Shown: positions 28,882 through 38,787 of the stretch, in pieces
Layout: each line of letters starts with the position of its first letter
Position numbering within the stretch: position 1 is the stretch's first letter
Source of the DNA: Candidatus Paceibacter sp.
GTDB taxonomy: Bacteria; Patescibacteriota; Patescibacteriia; Magasanikbacterales; UBA922
Assembly: GCA_020725175.1 (NCBI GenBank)
Contig: DYFM01000002.1
Location: 36,880-100,879, forward strand
Length of the DNA: 64,000 bases
Reading direction: 5' to 3'
The notes under the pieces: generated by a model
The model's database searches: none
What the model was told of the DNA's origin: nothing
The model's input: the letters and a program-made list of their open reading frames with translations, nothing else
Position numbers and translations under genes: made by a program

Positions 28882-29331
28882 ATGGATCTCAATCGTGTCA
28901 CTCTCATTGGACGTTTGACTCGCGACCCGGAACTACGCACCACCCCAAATGGACAAAGCGTGTGTACCATGACCATTGCGACAAGCTTGGTGTGGACTGA
29001 TCAGACCGGGGCAAAGCAAGAAAAAACTGAGTTTCACAACTGTGTTCTTTGGAGACGATTGGCCGAAATTGCCGGACAGTACCTTACCAAAGGACGTCAA
29101 GTGTATGTGGAAGGACGTTTGCAAACCCGTGACTGGACTGATCAGACCGGAGTAAAAAAATATCGTACCGAAATTATTGTGGAAAACTTGATTATGCTTG
29201 GAGGACAAGGTGGATCTGGCGGACAGAATCGTCCGGCTCCTAGTCAGGATGCCTCAGGTGGTCCATCATATGATGTCGGTTTTGATACTCCCAAAGAAGA
29301 CGAGATCAAAGTAGAGGATATTCCTTTTTAA
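28882..29331 (+). CDS. ssb: single-stranded DNA-binding protein
   Basis: OB-fold core and Gly-rich tail ending in 'DIPF'. Confidence 0.9.
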   Translation: MDLNRVTLIGRLTRDPELRTTPNGQSVCTMTIATSLVWTDQTGAKQEKTEFHNCVLWRRLAEIAGQYLTKGRQVYVEGRLQTRDWTDQTGVKKYRTEIIVENLIMLGGQGGSGGQNRPAPSQDASGGPSYDVGFDTPKEDEIKVEDIPF

Positions 29332-29442
29332 AAAGAATATCGCACCGTATAACCTATAAGATATTTGGGGTAGTTTCTGTGACGGACATCTTGTGAAGAT
29401 TCCTGATATACGAGTTACCTCATTACCAAATTACCTCCGTAT

Positions 29443-29658
29443 ATGGCTAAAGTAAAAACGAAACAATGCTTTTACTGCGTGAATAATATTCCGCATGTGG
29501 ATTATAAAGATACCGATATTTTGCGTAAGTTTGTTTCTTCCTATATGAAGATCGCGCCACGACGACGCAGTGGGCTCTGCGCATGGCACCAACGAAAAGT
29601 TGCCGGAGCCATCAAGCAAGCTCGCATTGCCGGATTGATGGCGTTTGTTCCTCGATAA
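29443..29658 (+). CDS. rpsR: 30S ribosomal protein S18
   Basis: 'CFYCVNNIPHVDYKDTDILRKFVSSYMKIAPRRRSGLCAWHQRKVAGAIKQAR'. Confidence 0.9.
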   Translation: MAKVKTKQCFYCVNNIPHVDYKDTDILRKFVSSYMKIAPRRRSGLCAWHQRKVAGAIKQARIAGLMAFVPR

Positions 29659-29771
29659 TCGTCAACCAGCGATACGCAGAAATAACAAGTTGTATCACAA
29701 TAAAAAAACGTTTTTCTTTCGAGAAAGGCGTTTTTTATTTTGTTTTGATTTTGTGATATACTTATCACTAC

Positions 29772-29853
29772 AATAGACCGCGAATCAAACGAATAAAACG
29801 GATACAAACGAATCTGTTCGAATTTGTTCCATTCGTTCAATCCGTGGTCTATG
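29772..29853. repeat. TAGACCGCG..GGTCTA-family palindromic element
   Basis: AATAGACCGCGAATCAAACGAAT...ATTCGTTCAATCCGTGGTCTATG. Confidence 0.65.
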
Positions 29854-29932
29854 TACTGACTGCAAAGGAGAGAAGGATAGTGTACGAAATCGGTTTGGAA
29901 ATTGGAGCTTAAGCCTTGAAATTTCCCTCACT

Positions 29933-30562
29933 GTGTTACCACAATATTTTGACAATGAAGATGTGGTTTCAGTAAGCGCGCGTTATCCGCACGATTGTTC
30001 GTGGCACAGAGAAGCGTGTCGGAAGCCCGACTGTTATCAGTGCGGCAGGATAAAGCATGGAATGACAAGAAGACAAGAAGAAGAAGTGTATACGAAACAG
30101 AAACAGCAGGCTTTGGTAGAATTTTTACAGTCTATTGATACTGCCTTAAAACCACAATTCCCAAACCTCTCTTCAGTTGAACAAAAGAAGAAACAAAAGA
30201 CGAGAGATCTGCACCGAAGAATAATTGATTGGAGAAGGGGTGTGATAGAAACTGTGGCAATAGCAAGAGCACACGGTGCGATTTGGCTACAAAGTGAAGT
30301 GGGGAAAGATTTGGAATGGTACAGCAATGTTTTACCGGTCCATTCGTATGAGCTGGTAGTTCTCATTGAAAAAGATACGCAGAGTGATTCAGAAAAAAAC
30401 GCATATCACCGTACCGCCGTCATTGTTTTCGAGTCATTGCGTATACTCTCTCAGGCACTTGATGAGCTGATGAAATACAGAGAAACACGTGAGTTATTAT
30501 TACTTCCTCACTCCGAATTAAAGCACATTGAAGAAGTGTGTCATTCCGTTTTACAAAAATGA
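29933..30562 (+). CDS. hypothetical protein with a possible Cys/His zinc-binding N-terminus
   Basis: 'HDCSWHREACRKPDCYQCGR' cluster. Confidence 0.35.
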   Translation: MLPQYFDNEDVVSVSARYPHDCSWHREACRKPDCYQCGRIKHGMTRRQEEEVYTKQKQQALVEFLQSIDTALKPQFPNLSSVEQKKKQKTRDLHRRIIDWRRGVIETVAIARAHGAIWLQSEVGKDLEWYSNVLPVHSYELVVLIEKDTQSDSEKNAYHRTAVIVFESLRILSQALDELMKYRETRELLLLPHSELKHIEEVCHSVLQK

Positions 30563-31029
30563 TTATGAGTATTGAACAACAGGAAAAACAATTGACTAAT
30601 CTCAGAGAACGAGAACGATCTCGAGAAATACGCGAAACTAAAGAAGGAGAACCGAATCAAGAGTTAAAAGCCGCAGCCGCCATGGAACGGGCGGATTATT
30701 TGGTAAAAGAAGTCAAACAAAGTAAGCAGCAAATGCAAAATATTATTCTGCATATGCAACAAGTCATGGCAACGATTAAGCAATTGCTTGCCGAGTTACA
30801 GTTGACTGATGATGATCTGCCGCAATCAGTAGCTCAAGACCAGAAGCGAGTTGAGTTGCTACAAAAAAGAATTGCCACGTACCGGGAAGAATTGATTAAG
30901 ATGAAAGAGGATTTGATAAAAGAGTATATTGAAACCTTGAAAGTACAAGAACCAGGTTTGCCGCAAGAAGAATTGGAAGAGAAGGCACGGTTGGCGGTTG
31001 AGGGGATTATATTGGGTGTTGAGAAGTGA
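30538..31029 (+). CDS. hypothetical coiled-coil protein
   Basis: Charged, heptad-rich 163 aa ORF. Confidence 0.35.
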   Translation: MSFRFTKMIMSIEQQEKQLTNLRERERSREIRETKEGEPNQELKAAAAMERADYLVKEVKQSKQQMQNIILHMQQVMATIKQLLAELQLTDDDLPQSVAQDQKRVELLQKRIATYREELIKMKEDLIKEYIETLKVQEPGLPQEELEEKARLAVEGIILGVEK

Positions 31030-31030
31030 A

Positions 31031-31567
31031 ACTAAGATTAAGAATAAGATTAAGATTAAGATTAAGTACGTTTACTGTTTATTGCTAATTGTTTTATGTC
31101 GGAAGTATTGTTACTAGAACAGATGTCTGTGTATAAGTTGCAAACCAATCTTTCAGATGAACTTTGGGAGATCGTTTCAGTGTGGAATTACTTTGCAAAG
31201 GATACAATAGGAAAGCAATTAACGAGGGCTTTTGACTCAATTGGAGCGAACATTGCTGAGGGGTACGGTAGATTTAATTATGGAGAAAAAATAACGGTTT
31301 ATTTCTACGCGCGAGGGTCTGCTTATGAGAGCCAGTACTGGATTAAAAGAGCAAAAGAAAGAAGGCTCCTAGAAAATGAAAAAGCAAATATCTATTTATC
31401 TACCATCCAAAAAATTACTACTGAACTAAATCGTTTAATAAAAACATGTAAGGATAAAAGATAGAATGTTATAATGTATCTTAATCATAAACATCGTTAC
31501 TAAACTATGTATTCGTTCGATTTTCAACCTCAACCTCAACCTTAATCTTAATCTTAATCTTAATCTC
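31031..31567. mobile_element. hairpin cassette: inverted (TAAGAT)n hexamer arrays flanking a four-helix-bundle gene
   Basis: 31031-31067 AAGATTAAGAATAAGATTAAGATTAAGATTAAG and 31526-31567 CAACCTCAACCTCAACCTTAATCTTAATCTTAATCTTAATCT are reverse-complement arrays. Confidence 0.5.
31096..31464 (+). CDS. four-helix-bundle protein (family of 23S rRNA intervening-sequence proteins)
   Basis: 'NYFAKDTIGKQLTRAFDSIGANIAEGYGRF....ARGSAYESQYW' signature of that family. Confidence 0.7.
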   Translation: MSEVLLLEQMSVYKLQTNLSDELWEIVSVWNYFAKDTIGKQLTRAFDSIGANIAEGYGRFNYGEKITVYFYARGSAYESQYWIKRAKERRLLENEKANIYLSTIQKITTELNRLIKTCKDKR

Positions 31568-31569
31568 CT

Positions 31570-33357
31570 GTGTCTCGGTCATCAAAAGGATTTTCTCTGC
31601 TCGAGATCGTCGTTGCCATTGCAGTGCTGCTGATTTTTTTGGTTGGTTTATATTCGGGAATTCAGATGGTATTTAAAGTGGTATATCAGTCACGTATCCA
31701 GGTACTTGAAAATGGATTACTCAATGAACAGATAGAACTTATCAGAAATTTACCGTTTGAAGATATTGGTATTGTGAATGGGAGTCCGGCGGGGGTATTG
31801 GCACGCACAGTAACAACAACACGCAATGGCTTGGAATTTGAAATAACTCGGACGATTCGAAATATTGATGATCCGTTTGATGGTACAATTGGCGGAACTC
31901 CAAACGATACTGCACCGGCGGATTACAAGGCGGTATATGTTGAAGTGAGCTGTGCGGCTTGTCGACAAGAAAAGCCGGTAAGCGCAAGTACGTATGTGGC
32001 ACCCAAATACTTGGAGGGAGATCCGACACATGGAGCTTTGTTTATCCAAGTGTTTGACGCTTCAGCTCAGCCGGTATCAGGCGCGACCGTTCGTGTGGTG
32101 GCTACCACAACCGATCCACAAATTGATCTCGAGGACACCACGGATAACGAAGGAATGCTGCGTCTGGTTGATTTACCGGGCGGGCAAGAAGCGTACCACA
32201 TTACCGTCACAAAAGCTGGGTATACCACCGATCAAACATATATTGCAACGGAAAGCAATCCAAATCCGGTTCGGCCGCCAGCTACAGTTGTGGCGCAAGA
32301 TGTAACTGAAATAAGTTTTAGTATTGACGAAGCCTCAACGCTCTCGATAACGACGCAAAATTCTCTTTGTTCGGCGGTCGGGAGTGTGCCGATTGATATC
32401 ACAGGAACGCGGATAATTGGGACGGATCCGTCGGTGCCACTCACAGATATCTCTATTACAACCGGTGCAAATGGCACGTATTCACTACAATCTTATCCGT
32501 GGGATACCTATTCTCTTGAGACTACTTCATACGATATCAAAGGTGCTATCCCTGCGGTACCAATTGCTATATCGCCGGGAGTTAGTCAGCCAATTCAACT
32601 TATGGTTGGGGCAGATAGTGGCATTTCTTTATTAACTGTCGTGCGAGATGCGATCACGTCACAACCGGTCTCGAACGCCACAGTACACGTTACCTCTGTT
32701 GCCGGATATGACAAAACGATCGTGACAGATGTGGGAACTGTTCGTCAAACCGATTGGTCGGGCGGATCTGGTCAGGCAGAATTTACCAATGATATTCGGT
32801 ATTGGTCGGCAACTGGTGGAGTGGATACAATATCTTCGGCCGGAAATATTACCCTTTCTTCAGTCGGGGGAGGTACCTATAACTTAAGTGGTGAACTGGA
32901 GTCTTCTACGATTGATCTTGGGTTGGCAGCCAGTTATGTAAATTTGTTGTGGGAGCCATTGGCTCAACCATTGGAAACCGGGGAACAGTCAGTTCGTTTT
33001 CAACTTGCAAGTAGTGCCAGCAGTTCACCGGCTGCGTGGGATTTTGTTGGGCCGGATGGAACCGCTACAAGTTACTATTCCTCGACTAATACAGTTATTG
33101 GAAATCACCATGATGGAAATCAGTATGTTCGGTATAAACTATTTTTGGAAACCGCGTCTTCAACATATACTCCGTTGGTTTCTGATATAAATATTACATA
33201 TACCAACAGTTGTACGCCACCCGGACAAGCTTACTTTAGGGCACTAACTGCGGATGAATATACGGTATCTGTTACTGCGACAGGATATCAACCATATACA
33301 AGTACTGTTTCCGTGTCAGATGATACGATATTTACTATTCAAATGAGTACAGAGTAA
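31570..33357 (+). CDS. large prepilin-type N-terminal-domain protein (minor pilin / adhesin-like pseudopilin)
   Basis: Class III signal 'KG|FSLLEIVVAIAVLLI' followed by a 570-aa Ser/Thr-rich beta-domain region. Confidence 0.6.
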   Translation: MSRSSKGFSLLEIVVAIAVLLIFLVGLYSGIQMVFKVVYQSRIQVLENGLLNEQIELIRNLPFEDIGIVNGSPAGVLARTVTTTRNGLEFEITRTIRNIDDPFDGTIGGTPNDTAPADYKAVYVEVSCAACRQEKPVSASTYVAPKYLEGDPTHGALFIQVFDASAQPVSGATVRVVATTTDPQIDLEDTTDNEGMLRLVDLPGGQEAYHITVTKAGYTTDQTYIATESNPNPVRPPATVVAQDVTEISFSIDEASTLSITTQNSLCSAVGSVPIDITGTRIIGTDPSVPLTDISITTGANGTYSLQSYPWDTYSLETTSYDIKGAIPAVPIAISPGVSQPIQLMVGADSGISLLTVVRDAITSQPVSNATVHVTSVAGYDKTIVTDVGTVRQTDWSGGSGQAEFTNDIRYWSATGGVDTISSAGNITLSSVGGGTYNLSGELESSTIDLGLAASYVNLLWEPLAQPLETGEQSVRFQLASSASSSPAAWDFVGPDGTATSYYSSTNTVIGNHHDGNQYVRYKLFLETASSTYTPLVSDINITYTNSCTPPGQAYFRALTADEYTVSVTATGYQPYTSTVSVSDDTIFTIQMSTE

Positions 33358-33359
33358 TT

Positions 33360-33974
33360 ATGTTACCGCGATTATCACAATCAGGATTTACTTTAGTAGA
33401 ATTGTTGGTAGCAATTGGGATTACTGTTCTTATCGGAATTATGGCCTCGCAAATGATTATTTCCAGCTTTCGAGATAATGCCATTATTTGGGAACAGCTC
33501 AAAACTCAGTCGGAAGGACGGACGGTACTGAATCGAGTGGTAAACACAGTTCGCCGGGCGGAACAATCAAGTGTAGGAGGATACAATATTGCAGCCGCCA
33601 GTGCAAATGACGTTACATTTTATGCCAATATTGATGAGGATAACTTTCGTGAACAAGTGCGATTTTATCTTTCCGGTACAACGCTGTATCAGTCCACTGT
33701 TAAACCAAGTGGCTCACCGCTGACCTACGTGACCAGTACTGCAACCGTAGTTGCATTGGCAGAAAATATTATGAACAGCTCGTATGGTACGCCGGTATTT
33801 GAATATTATGATGAGTCGTATAGTGGGGTTGAGTCGCCTATGGTAGAGCCAATTGATATTCCGTCGATTAGAATGATTCGAGTTCAAATTGAACTTGAAA
33901 AAGACCCAACAGAAATACCGGTTCCACTGCGAGTGGAGAGTATGGTGCAGGTGCGGAACTTAAAGACGAATTAA
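33360..33974 (+). CDS. prepilin-type pseudopilin (PilV/PilW-like)
   Basis: 'SG|FTLVELLVAIGITVLIGIMAS' prepilin cleavage/methylation motif. Confidence 0.6.
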   Translation: MLPRLSQSGFTLVELLVAIGITVLIGIMASQMIISSFRDNAIIWEQLKTQSEGRTVLNRVVNTVRRAEQSSVGGYNIAAASANDVTFYANIDEDNFREQVRFYLSGTTLYQSTVKPSGSPLTYVTSTATVVALAENIMNSSYGTPVFEYYDESYSGVESPMVEPIDIPSIRMIRVQIELEKDPTEIPVPLRVESMVQVRNLKTN

Positions 33975-33982
33975 TACTAAAA

Positions 33983-34065
33983 AATAGACCGCGGATTGAA
34001 CGGATAAAACGAATACAAACGGATCCGTCCAAATCCGTTCAATGCGTTTCATCTGCGGTCCATTA
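33983..34065. repeat. TAGACCGCGG..family palindromic element
   Basis: AATAGACCGCGGATTGAACGGATAAAACGAATACAAACGGATCCGTCCAAATCCGTTCAATGCG...CTGCGGTCCATT. Confidence 0.65.
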
Positions 34066-34135
34066 TTTATGAAAGCAAAATAATGTTCGAAATAAAAAAT
34101 TTCTTCGGCGGGGAAACTCATTCATTAAACTTCGT

Positions 34136-35536
34136 ATGCTCCGGCAATTATCCTGTTTATTCAAACAACTATCACAAAGTCATCGTGGTTCATCACTGAT
34201 GTTGGTCTTGGTGTTTGGTTCCATTGCGTTTACGGTCATTGTAAGTGGGGTATCAACGTATGCCCTTATGGAATACCGTGCGTCCAACAAGTATTTATAT
34301 CGTGATCAGGCCTTTCATGTAGCGGAAGCGGGGATCAACTATTACCGATGGCACCTGGCGCACAACCCAACAGATTACACTGATGGAACAGGAGAACCTG
34401 GTCCGTATGTTCATGAGTATGTTGATAAAAATGGAACCGTAATCGGAAAATTTTCTCTGGAAATTGATCCGCCTCCCTCCGGAAGCACGGTCGTGACTAT
34501 TCGCTCTACTGGCTGGATGCTGGCTGATCCGGCAAGAACACGTACTATTCAAGCTCGAGTTGGGTTCCCTTCGCTTTCCGATTATGTGTTTCTCAACAAT
34601 AGTAACATGAACTTTAGTTATACGACAGTAGTGCATGGAAAAGTACATTCCAATGGAGGTATTCGCTTTGACGGTACAACAGATTCGTGGGTAACAAGTG
34701 CCAAGGAAACATACAAGTATGAAAATCAAACACATAATGGCGTGTGGGGTGGCGGTGGGCCAAAGTCGTTTTGGAAATACCCTGTTCCACCGGTTGACTT
34801 CAATTCTATCAGTGCCGATCTGGCCGGACTCCAAACGTTGGCACAGGAAAACGGCCATGTGTTGGCATCTTCCGGAAAAGAAGGGTGGCACATCGTTTTT
34901 GCGACTTCGACATATGATCTGCATCGGGTAGAATCAAGAGACTGTTATTATGGAGAAGGAAAATGGAAAAAGTGGAAGTGGTACTGGTATTGGGATGGAA
35001 ATGTGTATTGTGAGGATCTTGGAACAACGACATATATTGAAACCAGAAATCTTCCCACAAATGGGGTCATTTTTTCAAGCGACAACGTATGGGTGGAAGG
35101 AGTTGTTGATGGACGAATTACTGTTGGGGTAGGAGCATTTCCAGTACAAGAACCATATAAGAAGATATATATCAGTGACAACTTGCGATATGCTGAGCAG
35201 TCGAGTGATGACGTAATCGGACTGATAGCACAAGGAGACATCATTGTACCGTATGAAGTGCCTGATACTATGTACATTGATGCGGCTATATTGTCTCAAT
35301 ATGGAGCAATTTACCGACCGTACTATTATGATGATTTGAAAAACTCTTTGACCATTTTCGGGTCGCAAATTTCTTATGAGTCTGGTGGATGGAAGTATGT
35401 GAGTGGTTGGGGACATGTGATTTCCGGATTTGAAGATACAGAACATTTGTATGATGGAAACCTTACCTATAATCCACCGCTTGGTTTTCCGGTTGAAGCG
35501 ACGTACCAGTTGATTTCGTGGGAGGAGATTATGTAA
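34136..35536 (+). CDS. PilX-like minor pilin
   Basis: N-terminal hydrophobic helix then 'DQAFHVAEAGINYYRW', matching the PilX_N 'AF..AEAG' motif. Confidence 0.5.
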   Translation: MLRQLSCLFKQLSQSHRGSSLMLVLVFGSIAFTVIVSGVSTYALMEYRASNKYLYRDQAFHVAEAGINYYRWHLAHNPTDYTDGTGEPGPYVHEYVDKNGTVIGKFSLEIDPPPSGSTVVTIRSTGWMLADPARTRTIQARVGFPSLSDYVFLNNSNMNFSYTTVVHGKVHSNGGIRFDGTTDSWVTSAKETYKYENQTHNGVWGGGGPKSFWKYPVPPVDFNSISADLAGLQTLAQENGHVLASSGKEGWHIVFATSTYDLHRVESRDCYYGEGKWKKWKWYWYWDGNVYCEDLGTTTYIETRNLPTNGVIFSSDNVWVEGVVDGRITVGVGAFPVQEPYKKIYISDNLRYAEQSSDDVIGLIAQGDIIVPYEVPDTMYIDAAILSQYGAIYRPYYYDDLKNSLTIFGSQISYESGGWKYVSGWGHVISGFEDTEHLYDGNLTYNPPLGFPVEATYQLISWEEIM

Positions 35537-35635
35537 GCTGTTCACAGGAAGAAATAGCAATTAAACAATATTTCTGTTATACTACTCTTATCCTCATATC
35601 TACCGGTCGAACCGTATTTTTAACTCTACGTACGT

Positions 35636-36508
35636 ATGTCAACTACAACCGTAAAAAAAGGAGTGATTATTGTCGCTGGTTTGGGGACACGCTTTTTACC
35701 AGCTACGAAAGCCATGCCAAAGGAAATGTTGCCCGTACTTGATAAACCGGTTGTACAGTACATTGTCGAAGAAATGGCTGAGAGTGGTATTACTGAAATT
35801 ATATTCGTGACCAGTTCGCAAAAACGTCCGATCGAAGATCATTTTGATCGGGATTATGATTTTGAACGTTTTTTGGAAGAAAATGGCAAGCTTGACAGAC
35901 TAAAACCATTGATTGAGCTTTCCGAAAAAGTACGTTTTTTCTATACGCGGCAAGCTAAGCCACTTGGAAATGGTCACGCACTACTCTGTGCGCGTCAATT
36001 TGTTGGTGACGAACCGTTTGCGTTTTCCGATGGGGATAGTATTATCGATGCCAAAGTTCCAGCTACCAAGCAATTGATTCGAGCATTTAAAAAACAAAAA
36101 TCATCCATTATCGGGGTACAGCGAATTGAAGATAAAGAAGCCATGATGAAGTATGGAAATGTCTATGCTCGCCCGACCGGTAAAGACAAGCGGTTGTTTC
36201 GGGTAGAAAAATTGGTTGAAAAGCCGAGTATCCAAAAAGTCTCTCCACACGGTTTGATTGTTGGTGGAATGCGTTACATTTTTACCAAAGAAATTTGGCC
36301 GCTTCTTGAAAAGCAAGGACAAGGCAAGGACAATGAAATCTGGGTAGCGGATGCGGCCAATGAACTGGCCAGAAAAAAGCCGTTTTTTGCGTATGAATAC
36401 GATGGTTTATATTTTGATACCGGAAACAAAATCGCTCTCTTGAAAGCCGCGCTTCATTTTGCGATGAAGGATGAGGGGGTGCGGGGGGAGTTGAGAGGAG
36501 TAATATGA
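35636..36508 (+). CDS. galU: UTP--glucose-1-phosphate uridylyltransferase
   Basis: 'KGVIIVAGLGTRFLPATKAMPKEMLPVLDKP' N-terminus and 290 aa length. Confidence 0.85.
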   Translation: MSTTTVKKGVIIVAGLGTRFLPATKAMPKEMLPVLDKPVVQYIVEEMAESGITEIIFVTSSQKRPIEDHFDRDYDFERFLEENGKLDRLKPLIELSEKVRFFYTRQAKPLGNGHALLCARQFVGDEPFAFSDGDSIIDAKVPATKQLIRAFKKQKSSIIGVQRIEDKEAMMKYGNVYARPTGKDKRLFRVEKLVEKPSIQKVSPHGLIVGGMRYIFTKEIWPLLEKQGQGKDNEIWVADAANELARKKPFFAYEYDGLYFDTGNKIALLKAALHFAMKDEGVRGELRGVI

Positions 36509-37620
36509 CATCTTTTTTAAAAATTAAAATAATAATAATAGTATTGCTTAGTATATTTTTTCTTTCTAGTGATACTGTTTTTACTATTCAAACATGTTGT
36601 GTTTACGATGATGGTAATGACATGGTGGGAGGGTATGTTGGTCAATCACCTTGTCAACAGGTGGGTGGTTTCTCTGTGGTGGAAACAGACGACTCTGATA
36701 TATGTAACGAGGCATTAAGTTATAATGGAAAGAACAAGAGTTTTATGCTTGAGTGGGCAAATACACTTGTAGATTATGTTAAAGAAAAAAAAATATATGA
36801 ACAAGCGGTAACTAGTATTGCGAACAATCACTGCTGTGTTCCTAAATATGCTTATAAAGATCAGTTGGGTTGTGCCCCCCCCAAAAAATTTGAGGATAAG
36901 CCAAAAAAAGATTTTTTTACCATGCTATGGACTGTCGCACAAAAAGAACCAACCGATCCAAATAATATCACAGTCACAGACAAAACACTGTTGAGTGATT
37001 TAAACATTTTCACTAATAAATCATATATAGATAACTCTGATCTTGTTTCATGTGATTCAGGTAGTTACGCGCTTTTTCCTATTAGCTGTGGAAGTAATTC
37101 ATATATTGATAAAAAAGCCATTGATCATCCGGCCGGAGAAGGACCTCTTCAAGTTCCTCTTCAGCAATATTGTCAAGCAATAAAAGAATTTTACTGTTCG
37201 TGTGCGGATGATTTTAGTGAATGTTCAAATACAAAGTTTACTAATATTGACATATGCCTAAAAAATCAAGTTGGAGGAGTCAATAAGAAATGTGTACCTG
37301 TAGACCAACAAACAACTTGTGAAAGTTTGGTTATCATAAAGTATGAGGGGGTTAAGTTTTCTTTACCTGATACAAAAAAATTAGATCATATAGGTATTAG
37401 TATTCAGGAGTTTATTGGTCGTGTTGTATATACTGCTATGGGTGTTGTAGGAAGTATTGCGCTGGTCATGATGATATATGGTGGGGCACTATGGATGACC
37501 GCTGCTGGTAATTCTGAGAAAGACGCAAGAGCATTGAAGATAATGTTTTGGGCGGGGCTAGGGGTAGTTATAATATTGAGTAGTTATGCAGTTGTTACAT
37601 TTGTTTTTAATGCATTGTAA
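36505..37620 (+). CDS. secreted Cys-rich protein with C-terminal TrbC/VirB2-like pilin domain (array member 1)
   Basis: Signal peptide, about 300 aa ectodomain with about 20 Cys, then 'IALVMMIYGGALWMTAAGNSEKDARALKIMFWAGLGVVIILSSYAV'. Confidence 0.65.
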   Translation: MTSFLKIKIIIIVLLSIFFLSSDTVFTIQTCCVYDDGNDMVGGYVGQSPCQQVGGFSVVETDDSDICNEALSYNGKNKSFMLEWANTLVDYVKEKKIYEQAVTSIANNHCCVPKYAYKDQLGCAPPKKFEDKPKKDFFTMLWTVAQKEPTDPNNITVTDKTLLSDLNIFTNKSYIDNSDLVSCDSGSYALFPISCGSNSYIDKKAIDHPAGEGPLQVPLQQYCQAIKEFYCSCADDFSECSNTKFTNIDICLKNQVGGVNKKCVPVDQQTTCESLVIIKYEGVKFSLPDTKKLDHIGISIQEFIGRVVYTAMGVVGSIALVMMIYGGALWMTAAGNSEKDARALKIMFWAGLGVVIILSSYAVVTFVFNAL

Positions 37621-37622
37621 GT

Positions 37623-38777
37623 ATGTCAGTAAGAAGACCAGGAGTAGATTTTGATGGTGAGTACATCGCAGCCACTTCTACAGGGCAATTTGCTCATAAT
37701 ATAGGCGAAAAAATTAAAAGAAAACTTGGAAAAGTAGCGGATTATGTGAGACCATCCGTTGATAGAATTCGCTCAGGTGGTTCTGATTTTTGGAAAAAAA
37801 CAGCAAGTGACGAATATAATCGTACTCCGGATAAGTGGACTGGTCAGCAATTATTTGAAATTTTTGAGAAAATATACCAAGAGATACCAAATGATGTTGG
37901 TCCAGAAAAAAAAACTGAGGAAGCTATTCTGGATTTTTATTCTTTTTTACTCCGTCAAGGTATAGACGAATTACCAAAAGATTTTGATAGGTATTTTGGT
38001 GATGGTATTGGAGAACATATAGACATGGAGTACCTTGACGAAGTGGATCCATATACAATTAAAAGAGGAGAAACAACAGAAGGCTATTTAAGAAGATTGT
38101 TTAGTTTCTGGCATTTAGAAGATGTCAATAATCTTCGTGTTGCATTCAACGGAAGCAAATTTTCTAATGATTCTCCTGCTAAAATTTTAGAAAGAGAAAT
38201 ACTTAAATCAGTTAAGGAGGAGGACTCAGAGCGTGTTTCACGCTTACTTCAGCTTGCTAGACCTACAGATCAAAAACATTATTTGGAACTAATTCATGAC
38301 CATGAGATAGCGCATCTTGCAAATGAGTATAGTGAATCGATTAAAGCTGGAAGTTCTGAGTATGATATTCCGGCAAGAAGAATGCTTGCAGCCTCAGCAA
38401 AAGGAAAAAAGATCTTGGAGAGTTTGGATAGGCAAAGGACATTAAAACTTTATGAAGAAATGAGAAAAAAACAGGAAGAGGATACGCTTGAATATATTAT
38501 AACCAGATTTATTCCTGCTTTAAATACAACTAAAAATATGGATGCTTTGCGTATGGCGTGGAATTTGTCTACATTCAAAGATGACACAAATAACATTGTG
38601 GATTCTGATGAAATGTTAAGGCGTGTGTTAGTTATGTATGCTGAGGATGGAGAGGTGGAAATTGTTTTGAGATTACTGTTAATTTCACAAGAAAGCGAAC
38701 TTAATAATAATACAACAATGGTTAAGAGAATATTAATGGAAAAACATCCGGAATTATATAATCAGATAGAGACATAA
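37623..38777 (+). CDS. hypothetical soluble protein
   Basis: 384 aa, no TM; 'HDHEIAHL' is a possible HExxH. Confidence 0.35.
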   Translation: MSVRRPGVDFDGEYIAATSTGQFAHNIGEKIKRKLGKVADYVRPSVDRIRSGGSDFWKKTASDEYNRTPDKWTGQQLFEIFEKIYQEIPNDVGPEKKTEEAILDFYSFLLRQGIDELPKDFDRYFGDGIGEHIDMEYLDEVDPYTIKRGETTEGYLRRLFSFWHLEDVNNLRVAFNGSKFSNDSPAKILEREILKSVKEEDSERVSRLLQLARPTDQKHYLELIHDHEIAHLANEYSESIKAGSSEYDIPARRMLAASAKGKKILESLDRQRTLKLYEEMRKKQEEDTLEYIITRFIPALNTTKNMDALRMAWNLSTFKDDTNNIVDSDEMLRRVLVMYAEDGEVEIVLRLLLISQESELNNNTTMVKRILMEKHPELYNQIET

Positions 38778-38787
38778 ATAATGACGT

